Assembly (NCBI GenBank): GCA_030141605.1
Contig: JAQGDQ010000339.1
Span: forward strand, 124,001-188,000
Source: Tubiluchus corallicola
Taxonomy: Eukaryota; Animalia; Priapulida
Direction: 5' to 3'
DNA length: 64,000 nucleotides
In this document: piece after piece, positions 25,701 through 37,700 of the stretch
Numbering within the stretch: the first letter of the stretch is position 1
How the letters are laid out: each line of letters begins with the position of its first letter
Made by a program: the position numbers and the translations under genes
Notes under the pieces: generated by a model
Databases searched by the model: none
Seen by the model: the letters and a program-made list of their open reading frames with translations, nothing else
What the model was told of the DNA's origin: nothing

Positions 25701-28700
25701 ATGATGAAAATTGCTTTTTTGTGATTTACGTCTGCTTTCATTTGTTAGTAAATTAGGAAAACGACCCAAAAATCATAACTACCAATTTACTGACAATGAT
25801 TAGTTTTACTGGGCGGAAAGGCGCAGGTTATTGTACCTCTTGGTCTGTGAGTATGTCAGAATTTTTTTATATTTTTCTAAAACCGTTCTTCTGTGCTGTT
25901 GTGATTAGTCCGATCACTGCCGCCATCATCGGCATGTTTTGAGACAGAAAGATCGGAGTATTGGTGAAAAAATGCCGTTTCCGTGTCTATGCTGCTTGTC
26001 ACTAATTCCACAGCCTTCAGCTGGCTAATTACATCTCCATTGTCGAGTAACCGTTGCCGTTGCTGCCTGGCTTGATATGCAGAATATGGAACTAGTGCTG
26101 CAATTAGAATGCTTGCCAGTAGCATTGAACCAGCCATCAACATAAATGCAGCATTGACAGATCCTGTGGCATCTGTGAGACTGCCTGAAATAAACGAATC
26201 ACAAAATTTATGCAGCTTTTGTTCAAACTGATTAGCTGTATGGTAGTGAATGTTTTTGTGTTCTAATAAGAAACATAGTAATTACTGCTTCTTTATTTTC
26301 GTTTTGCTGAAAATATAGTGAAAATGTTGATTAAATTTTGCTTTTAAATTTAAAATTTAATTTGTTTGTATCAATAAATTTGGTTGGTTCTGGTAGAGGT
26401 CAGTGTCCCTGAATGGTGCTTCCGTAGAAATAATATTTTACTCACTAAAAACAGAGATAAAAGGCAAAATTATTGTGTATCGATCATCTCTAATGCCTCG
26501 ACCATAGATGTTCCTAAAAATGCTTTCTTTTAATGATTTTATTTTGCAAAGACAATGGTTTAAAAATTTAACAACATCAGTAGTCAATTTACATCAAGCA
26601 TTCACGTAACTCAAAATGCAACTGCTTAAATGTTTCTATAGGTTTGAAGTGGTGTTGCTTCGTACTACTTTTCATTTTCGTTTTCTTATGCCCTTCGCAG
26701 ACATGCAATTTTAAATTGCGCACCTTCTAGTTGAAACACAATCGTTAAGCGTTAGGAGAAGACAGTGTCCCATGAAAAGACACTGGAATTGGGGAAGATA
26801 AATTTTTCCTAGTGTCTTTGCTGCCATTTTTCAACAAATTCAGTAACAGTCAGAATTTGGAAACCAAAATATGACGTTCTGCAAGTGAACAGGAGATTGC
26901 GAACAAGTCTTATCCCTCACTGTTGATATTTCCCTACTACTGTGGACTCTTGCACTCAAAGAGTAAAACGAATGAAAGCAATTATACTGAACCATTTCAT
27001 CTTACTCGAATCAATCTTCCCATACTCCACTGCCCATATTGTGTATGAGTAGTTCTTGCCTCAGAAAGATCCCAGTAATCACTGTTGTCCCAGTGATTAT
27101 ACGAACTTTAACTCTCAGTAAAATTTGCTCGACATTATTTAACGTTTCATATGAAATGGCATCGCTAAACCGTGTCTGTATTTGGATGTCATGTCTTTTA
27201 AGCACTTCCTTTCCTTCACTTTTTATGCAGTTTTTATTCTTTTGTAATGTATTTTACAGCTGCTATATGAGTGAGTAAAGTTGTGCATTAATGGATCTGT
27301 GCAGTGATATTGTATTAGCAAATTCTTACAGTGTTTCATACATTTTCTTTCTCTTTTTCGGAATGCAAACAACTTATTCGATTTCATACTCTGTAGTGCC
27401 GGTTGTGCAACTAAAAATCGCATGTCTGCTTGCAGGGTTCTGATGCGCAAAGAAATTACAGTCAATGGTCACTTGCGCAGCTAAATGCGACTAAAATTTG
27501 CATGTCCGCACGGTGCCTGATGTCTGGAATCAGTGCTTCGGTTTCTGTTTTATTACAAAAAAATATGCAGCCGATCATAATCAGTAACTCACCTGTTAGT
27601 AGCGGTCCAAGGAACAGAGCGCTAGACTGCAGCAGCTGAAGCAACCCAATTGACGAAGACATTTTTTCTGGTCCGTTCATGCAGAGCAATAAAACAAATT
27701 GAGGTGCATGGCACCCACCAAACAATGCAGCTTGTATGATTGTCCACCCCATTAACTGACTGCTCGTCTTAATGAACCATATGAAAACTGTCATGATAGC
27801 TGCAAGAAGTAATATGGTAGCAAAACTACCCGTTTTCATTGCCTGACGGCGCATGATTTTATGAGCATATATGAAACCCCATATAATTCTAAACACCATT
27901 TCAATGAGGCTTAGCATTGACACAAGCCCAGCATCTTCTATTGCACTTGACGGGTTTTCTTCAGCTTCACGTGTTTCTTTTGATTTGGTAGGCAAGAGAA
28001 TGTATGTTGTTGAATAAGAAAAATAAAAGAAAATCATTGCAATGGCTAATGTCATGTACTGCACGTCTTTTAACAAATCCCAGTGAATTAGCCCCTTTCT
28101 AGCATTGTTGATGTTGTCATCTGTAGAATGTGGTGTCCTAGTTTCTTTTTCGTCGTCTACTTCTACTGTAATTTCTAGTCGACTATAATTATTCTGCTGA
28201 TGTGTAGCGGTCGAACCATCTGCTGTTCGTCTGTCTCCATCTGTTGCAGCACAACCATTTTGGACATGGTGTCTGCGTCTCTGCATTGTGTCAACTACAA
28301 CAGTAGGTTGATTTCCAACATGATTGTCTTGAATTCTGCCATTGACAGAACCAGCACCATTCTGTTTGTTACACTTTAAAGATGGTTTAAGTTTAGGCGA
28401 TGTTAAGGGCCTATATAAACTGGCACAGACAATCAGATTCATTGTGATTCCTCCACATATTAACAGTGCACCCTGATAGTTATAAGCTTCAAGTAACAGC
28501 TCGGTAATAAGAGGAATAGTTAGCGATCCAAGTGGAACTCCAGCTTGGATGATTCCTACAGCTATTGATACACGTTTGTCAAACCACTGGCTAGCAATTG
28601 TTAACGATGTCACTACAACCATTGAACACCCAACTCCTAAAAATAAGTAATAATGTGTTATTGCATTCAGGCATGCTGCAATGCACAGTACTTGTACCAT

Positions 28701-31700
28701 TTTTTCTTTGTCAATATGTTATTACATTAATAATATAGTGTGTTTGCCGCATCAGATGCAGTGACACAGAACTTTCAGAACACAGCATTTCTTTTCATAA
28801 TGTATCACTGTTTTTAATCACAGGATTGTATCATCAAGTGCTGTAGTCATAGTGGTAGTTGTAGTCAGACTAACATCTCCAGCTGCAGCAGCTACAGACA
28901 CAAAGATTGCAGAATGCGTAAATCTCTTCTGCTAGTACATAACCTAGTACAAAAATGACTTAATGTTTCTTTTCTCAAAAATTTTGCTGCATCATGGAAA
29001 GTCGCATTGATGCTCATTATATACTTACCATACAAAAGAGAATATGTCACAAACAGAACTCCGATGTGATCTCCAAAATAACTGAGCGAGATTCCTAATC
29101 CTGCACAGACACTCCCTACCATACAGACAGGACGAAATCCATATTTATTGCTCGCAACACCTGCCAAAGGTGCTGAAAATCAATAGAAATTAATTATGTG
29201 TAATTTCGTTAACATGTATGACATTGGAAGACTGCAGAATTGAGAAAGAGAAAACAATACTGATGGAGGCTACCCTCTCTCAAATCATTTTTAGCTCGGC
29301 ATTTCCACTTTTTGAAAAATGCGATACGGGTTGTTTCAAAAAAGTGTTTGTCTAAAACAGTAGTATTATTATTTTCAATGGAAAGCTTTCAGTAAAAAAA
29401 TCCTGGCTGAGTCTAGTACAAAACACTATTTTTTATGCATGCTGCATAGAAGAAGAAAAAAATTTGCACTAATTATGTGTACAGTACTTACCTAAAGCAA
29501 ATGATAGTCCACTTGCTAATCCATTTACCCATTGTGTTATAGTTGTACTCGTGCCTAGCGTTTCCTGTATGGCTATCATCAAGATTCCGTACGATTTCAA
29601 TTGACCGATGGTCAGTGCCAGTGCACACATTGCCGCAAACACAATTACCCATCCCCACCCGCCTTCGGGTGGACTGTGTTTGAGCTTCTCTGGTGCCATT
29701 CCTGTTTCTAGACTTTAGTCGTAGCTAAAGCACTTTATATCACATTTTCTTTGAGTCTGTTTAGTTTCCAAAGCTTGTACAGTATAATTACAGAAAGTGT
29801 ACTAGTAGCCTAGTAGTCTCAGGCATAGATTTCTGTGTTCGCCATGATATTGAGTGTCTGCACTGAAGTAAGTATTTCATATCTATATTTATGCATTTAA
29901 ACACCTGGTGTTGTTTGCAATGTGGCTTAAAGTACAAGGTCTTAATTGTTCATATTTTATGACTGACCTTTACATCTAGACTAGAATCTTAGTGAACAAA
30001 ATTGTTGTCTTGCATGGGTATTAGTTTAAATCAACAATAACAAATCGATATATTTTACTATTTACTATTATTACTATTTACTAAATGATTGTGACCCATG
30101 ATAGATTACTTTAATTCAGTTCAAGCTCAGTGCATTAATTACAGGCCTAAAAGCATCTGTCTTGCGAGCAGAAGGCCCCCAGTTCAAATCCAAGCTGTGT
30201 CCCAACTTTTTCATATTTTTGTCTTTCAAGTTTGACATCGAACTTTAATTAATTCTGGGTTTGTTCATCGTAGAGATACTACTGAACCTTGTTATAGCGC
30301 CCCTGTTATAATGCCAGCCTCGCCATAATGCTAACTTTTGCCCTGTCCCGATTTTCTTAATGTATTAAATATAGGGAATATCGCCAACCACGCCTACCGC
30401 CCTCCGCCAACGTATCTGCTGTGCCAAATGTTCATTTTACGTGATAAATCAACCCCGTTATAACGCCAGTCAAAATAAAGCTGCTGAATTACTGCTGAAA
30501 AACAACCATAACCGACATTGAAAAACAATTATCTCTGATAAGAAAACAGTTATGGTGTTTAAATTAAGATTTAGGTTTCGTAGCAAGTGACTGTATGAAA
30601 GTGAATGTTGAGGTTTTGAGCAAGGCGTATGCATTTTAAGACTACAAGAGTTGCATAACTATGGTTCAGTACTGAACTGATGTGAATTTAATGGCTGTAA
30701 AGCTGTTTGATCAATTTATAAACGGCAGCTAATTATAGTCTAACTGTCCAGTAATATTACGTTGGGAGTGTGGGTGGGCCGCATTTGTGTCACTCAATTC
30801 AGTGTAATTGTGGCCGTGTTACTTGTGCACTCTGTGTAGTCTAAATCAATGCTGGCCAGTTGAAGGTAATGTCGGCCACCAGATAGGGTCATGTCGGCCA
30901 GGCTGACAGCAGTGCGTTTTGATACATTCTAAGTCTTATTATTGGTAGAATCTCATCATTACAGAAAGGTCGTTCATACTGTGACACTATCAGATTAAAT
31001 ACTATTCATTAGCTTATTGCATAATTGCTTAAGTCAAAATATTGTTGCTTCTCGTATGCCGACATACTCTACTTTCATCAAATCATGACAAACTTCAAAC
31101 ATGAAAACAAAATTTTGGCATGAAAACAATGTAGTTATCTGTAAAAAGTTTCTGACAAAATTTATTCATCATAACAATATACGCCTTGTTCATCTTTAGT
31201 TTTTTTTTATTTAAAGCCGATGGTGCTGTTGTAAGTTTTTCTTAGACTTAGATGAGATGAACTTCATTTGGGGCGAGCTTGTCAGATTTTATGATGGACT
31301 TCTTCTTGCACATTTCTTGTTTTGATTTTCCACCTTTTTGGTGAAGTCTGTGAAACTTACTTCTCAAGGACCTGCTGGATGTGAATAGCCAGGCACAGCA
31401 GCAGATTTTGATTACTCCTGGTGGTTATTGGCAGGAACGTAATGAACAGAAGTGCTTGGTTGTGGATTATCATGTTTCATATCAACAGCCGCATTATCTT
31501 CAACATGTACAAGGCTGATATCTTGGACTCCTACAGCATAGTTGTCATCCATTGATTTCAGGCTCAAGTGCAACATTAGGCAATAGTCTATCGATTTTTT
31601 TACTTTGCAGAAATGCATCTCTGGAAATGCGAGTTGGATAAAAGGGATATATTCCCGCTCTTATGAATCCTTTTTTGATATACTCTTTGATTGATGGCCG

Positions 31701-34700
31701 ACATTACCCCAATATACCCTACTGTTTTAATGCATCAAATAAGCCTTTTCATAGTTTCGTTGTGTGCATGCGCAGTTGCTGTAGGTCAGCAGTTAAGTGA
31801 CATTTGTGTATAGCAAAGCGTCTGCTGCATCAGTTCAGTAACTTCAGTTGTTTTACACTTAATTATGTATTAGTCTGTGCATAGAATGATTTACCAGCAG
31901 AATCTTACTTGGGAACAAGAAAAAATGAACTAGGTAAGGTCTTAGCTAGCTGTAAGTATGTTAGTTAACTGTAAGTATGACAATAGCTTCGACTGCAAAG
32001 CATTGTCAAGTGTACACAAATGCGTTGTCTGGTACACTTAACCTTTAACCCTTTCACGATCATCATCAATCACTGGAACTGTGAAAACACTTATTAGAAC
32101 GAACATCAGGTATTTGGATTCGCAGCCTCTGTCTTCCTATTAACACAGTATTTATATTATTTGCAGGCTTGACAGGTCTAACATTATGGGTGACAGGAGC
32201 CTACATTCTGATTGCTGGAGGGTGCGTAGTTGTCATCCTTTCATTGTTTGCGTGTCTGGGAGCAATTAGAGAAATCAAAAGCCTTCTGGTGACTGTAAGT
32301 AAAAAGATACTTTAATTCCAGTCTTTTTACCTTGATTGCTGAAAATGAAAGATACCAATGCACTCATATTTCGGTTTCCTGGGCAAAAACGGGGAGACGT
32401 CTGTCCGAATTTGCCAGTTGTCCGCATTTCCTGTTGCTAAGCTAAGTCAGTAGGTGCTATGTATTAGACTCATGGTAATGTAGAATCAATCGCCTACCTG
32501 TCTCAAGAACATCTAGTACGGGCCGCTCCTGACATGGAAGTTACAGACATGTTGTTACACGCTGCTTGGTTGCACTGTAGTAATGATGTAACTGTGCCCG
32601 TAGTATGCAGGACTTTTGATGTCATAGATTTTGTCTGATTTTTCCGATATCTGTAAAAGTGATGTCCGGCAAACCGAGATATGAATGTAATGTTTACGTT
32701 CTTGTATTGTAAGCCATTTGTAATGTAGTGGACAAATATGTTAATAGCATCTTTTTTGTATAAACATATTTAGTTAAATACAGAATTGTCAATAAAGTAA
32801 CAAGCTGCTTAACACAAGATTTTTATGTATAAGTATTAAAAAATCAATACTCACTGGCACCCACTACAGATTGTTAAATGAAAACTGATAACACAACATA
32901 CAAGCAGTTAAAAATGGCAACCTAAAAAGACACTTTATTATGACTAAAATCATGGCAAACTACTCCGCTAGTGCTGACACCTATCGGCATCAAATACAGT
33001 TAACATGAACACGATACACTTATAATTATAAAAAGAATGTTGCCTACTTTTACAAATAAGCATTGCAGTGAATGAAATAACTGATGTCAATCGGATAGAT
33101 GCTATTAGAACAATAAGCAGCTTATAAATAAACTACAAAAAATGATACGACTAGCCAAGCATAACATGAACAAGATTGATAAAAATGGCATTGTTTAAGA
33201 GAAAGAAAAACAGTCCCATACAAACTGTTGTAGCTGAATTTGCGTTTTCGAAGATATAATATACATCTATATTTCAAACATGAGCATCTAATTAACAGAG
33301 TCAGAGAGATCATTAAATCCACAAAGCAGGGAGTTAACAGCAGTTTAAAAAGTGATCTTCTTAGTGTAAGCTTCGTGGCTGATACTGGCAAGTGACCATA
33401 TGATCACATGACTTATTCATGACTGTAGGTGACATTATAGACTTTGTATCTGCTTTAGAACAGTATCTTGTTTTTACAATAATACGGGGTGCCTCAAAAG
33501 ACACCTCAAATTTTCTTTTTTTTATTTTTCTCCAATGTCGGCAAGCTCTTACATGAAACAAAAGGTGTCTTTGTGAATTCTTTTTCTTGATTTCTTACTG
33601 AACCACGTTGCCATGGCAATGACACTAACGTTAGAAATTAGATGCCAAATCAGCATGGCGTGAGGTCCTTCAATCACCAACTGAAGTACAGCAGAAATTC
33701 AGTGTATTGTATAAACCACTCCATTCTCTCACTATTAACAATGTAATTTTTCAACAAAGTGCAGCCCTTTCGCACTACTCATGAACTGTGAGAGACTTTT
33801 TCAATGTAATATGCACGACTTGACATTGGATTGGTCACTGAAGCTCTTGAGATCGGCGAAGAATGGCATTGCAGCATCGAGTTGCTGTCTGCTGTAGGCA
33901 ATTTTACACTGCTTGTTGTTTAGTTGATATTGGAACAAAATTATTTGAGTGATGCTCAGATAAGCAATCGATCAAACAGTAGTCGTGTTGAAGATTATAA
34001 CAGTTACTAAAGCCAGGGTTTTCACGGGGTGACGACCAAAATTCACCTGACTGTGTTTTATCGCCCAAGTTGTAAATATCTCATGCAAACTTCTAAGTAA
34101 TTTCGTGCAGTTTTTGCTATTTATCCTGCACAATTTTTGAATTCTGAATTTTTGGATTTTGGCTCAGAGGCAATCGCAGGATATTCGCACGAGCATATTA
34201 CGACTTTTTCGCAGAATTTTCATGAAAAAAGTGCTAAATAACTGATGTTCTCCAAAATTTTGCCGAAAGGTTGCACGAAGTCCTCGCAGCATCCCGGGAG
34301 GCATTTTAAAATATTCTCCAAGCTTTTGCAAATTTTGAAATTGTTGGCGAATGTCACGAATAATTGGCGACTTATTTGCACAAGTTTGGTACATATTCAG
34401 AGAACTTCACAACAGTTTGGCGAGTTTTGCAACACCGACGGCAAATTTTAAACATTTTAAAGTTTTCTGCAGAAACCATTGTTTTGTGATTATTTGTGGG
34501 ACTTTTGGAGCATATTTAGCGACTGTCGGACTCTGGAAATTTACAGATAGTCGTCGAAGTCGCAGAGCCCGTCAAACTGTGGCTTTGACAAAATGGCTGC
34601 ATAAGTGATCCAAATGTCACATTAGTTGTTTTTGTACTTAAACTATTCCATCTAATAATTCTTATTTCTTGTTTGTTTCAGTACTTCGTATTACTACTTC

Positions 34701-37700
34701 TCATTTTCATGGCTATTCTGTGCGGTGGAGTCTTTGCCTGGATCTACCGTGGAACGGTAAATGCATCCATGAACATCATTCCGCAAACCTGCTAAGATTT
34801 CCTACCTGAAGGATTGGATTAGTTTTATGCATGTTTTGTGGTGTCTGGCTTTCCTAATTCCATTTGTGAACATTTTCCAGGGATGTTACCAAAAGTGAAA
34901 TTACAAACCGAATCCTAAATTTGCGAATCATAGGAATCCGAATCGAAAACAAAGCAAAACTGAAATTATTATTACAAAACCGACTACAGTTAAAACTGAA
35001 ACAAATTTGAAATAAATAAAACAGTTCACAAAATAAATTTTATTTTGTAAATATTCCGTTGGCTGCATTTCATAATTGTAAAATTAAAGTTTTTTTTTGT
35101 TCAAATTACACTTTATTTTGCCGTGATGCTAGTCGGGTATTTCTTATTTCTCATTTCTCGGGCATTAGCCTCTAGTAACTCGTCTCGCCTGAGGTGTCCT
35201 ATTGTCACCATCAAATAAGACTTGATTTGATATTGCTTCCTGATCGGTCTCCGATTTCCGATTGTGAGTTCGTCATTTAGTAGAGAATATTTTTACACTG
35301 CTATCCTCAGTATAGGAATGGTACATTTTCTGGGAGTGTTCGCTATTGATTAACTCACCTTCGTAATTTACCTTCATGGTGAGTAAACCCTGATTTCTGT
35401 CTCTTGCACCAATCTCTCATCCATTAGATAGCCAAAGCACACCCTTGTCCAGTTTTTCACTGTTGGTTTACTCTCCTCCTAATATACCAAACTGGTATTA
35501 AAATAGGAGGTTTCTCGCTTGGAGTTCTGCATCAAGTTTATGTTTAAAACTATTTACATCACAGTGTTCCCTCGCTACTTCGCGGTTCGTTTAGCGCGGA
35601 CTCGTTGTTTTGCGGGTTTTCAAAAATATCAATGTAAAATATTTATCGCGGTATTTTCGCTGTTCTGCGGGTTTTTGCGGTACTCCGTCTAAAGTATTTT
35701 TGCACATGCGTAGTACTTATTGTACAGTAATGTGTTGATTTGATGAATTTTGCAAAAATCACAAAATGTATAAAAATATATTAAAAATATTAATTCTAAC
35801 ATTAAAAAAATGTTATAAATCATAAAAAATTACCATTTACAGTAAATGGTGTATTTATTTGGCGGATGAATACACACCAAAAACGAAATGTAGTACTTGC
35901 GCCGGCTTGAGATGCTACTTGCCGACTTGAGATTGTATCTAGGTTTAAGAGTTTAAAACATTTTTATGAACATTTAGGTAAAGTTTTTTAGAAGGTACAT
36001 GTACAGTATGGGAAAAGTTATTAAAGGAATGGGAAAGGGTTATGTATAAGAGTGTGGGGAGGGCTTATAAAGACTTAAAATAATGTATAACTACAAAAAT
36101 AAGTATAGTGTCCCTACTTCGTGGAAATTCACTTATCGCGGGTGGGTCTGGAATGGAACACCCGCGATAAGTGGGGGAACACTGTATTTGCTCTCATTAA
36201 TGATTCCCATGACGAGTTCCACATTATCACTTCAGCTTGTGAAGAACTAATATACCGGTACCTTTCTGTATTGACCCTATGCTTGAACAATTTAACACTA
36301 CGCCTTCTTGCAGACAGCTGATCACTTTAGCCTGACTTTGCAGCAAGTGTTAGAGGAAAGCCAGACACAACCTTAAACCGTAATTCAAAACAATTTACCC
36401 TACAAAATATTGAAGGGAACATTATATTTTTAAAGAATGGTGTACGAGAAAGGTTTTCCGCCCCAGAAATGTAATTTTGTGTTCGTGCGGCTAATTCCTC
36501 GTTGTTACATGCATTGTGCCATTCTGCTAACTTGATGGGCACTAGTACCTGCATTTTAAAATGCATTGTGCAAAAAGAACAGGCGCTGCATCCCTCACTT
36601 CAGACGTGGTTCATTTATGATGTAGTGCACACATTTGATATCTCATGACTTGCCACAGTGGTAAACGTGAAATTTTAGCTTTGTAACTTAAAATTTGCTG
36701 AGTTTTGTGTGTCGTGCTGATTGTTGCGCAGTATCATACTGTACTTCGATTTTTGCTTTCCCAAACACGTGTAACATGCTCATGAAATGTTTGTGTTGTT
36801 GAAAATTATGCTCATTTGTGACGTTATCACTGTTTGCGCTCACCGGCTGTTAAAGTTTTTATCCATTACTTAATTATCAGAAACACTTTGGCATTATTAT
36901 AAGTGCTAAAATGTGTACTTTTTCCCGTACTTCAAAGTATGGTAGAATGTGAAAAATCATCCTGATTCCTTTAACGTATTGTTATTGTTTTTATAGCTTG
37001 ATTTAGAGCTGAGGTCTAAATTCCGACAAACAATGATGAACGACTACGGTCAGGAATACAAACAGAAGACGACAGATGCATGGGATTACATGCAGAGAAC
37101 TGTATGTATGGATTCCTCTCGTTGTGGGGGCTAGTAGAGTTTCCATAACCGGTGGAAAATATGTAAAAGGAAATCATAAAGTAGTGGTTAACATGGCTTG
37201 CGTTATTTTCATGCATTCGGCTGAAGATAATACATCTTACATGGTGTTTCAGAGTCATGCAACAGTTTGACCGCGCAACGCAAACTTCGCACGATGATAT
37301 TGTGTATTCGTTTTAAATAAAACTAAAAATTCACCGAAATATGTGATGCTAACCCGCAAAGCATTATGGGCTAGATCAAATGCATTGAAATTGATTTCAT
37401 AAATCACTGTTGATTAGTCAATAATTTTATACCAATTTTTTTTGATTGGGAATCGCCATTTAACAAAAGGCATGAAGTAAAACATGAAAATCTGTATCTT
37501 TATTTTGATACTTTTCAGGCTCATATCCAGCACTTACTGAGTTTATTTTAAAGTCGTCAACTTCTCCACTATTTCATCTATGCATTTTTTTGCACAATTT
37601 GAGGATGCTGTCAAGTGTGAAATATTCTTTATTTGCTATTTCTCTTCACAAGTTCATGTGTCAGTTTAAAGCACAAGCAAATCATTTGCTTACATAAAGT

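Noticed and set aside
26730-27205. Possible decayed transposase in MCT copy B intron 3
   Set aside because: No convincing motif in any frame I read.
19838-29699. MCT pair as an assembly artefact (uncollapsed haplotypes)
   Set aside because: Introns 2 and 3 and the 3' flanks are largely unalignable and many codons differ, which fits real paralogs.
30120-30212. Functional tRNA gene
   Set aside because: Only a B box and a partial anticodon arm; no acceptor stem or D arm.
35110-36300. Possible minus-strand LINE 3' end around the Tigger-like MITE (MWNSSWES...FKHKLD)
   Set aside because: Only a few weak motif residues.
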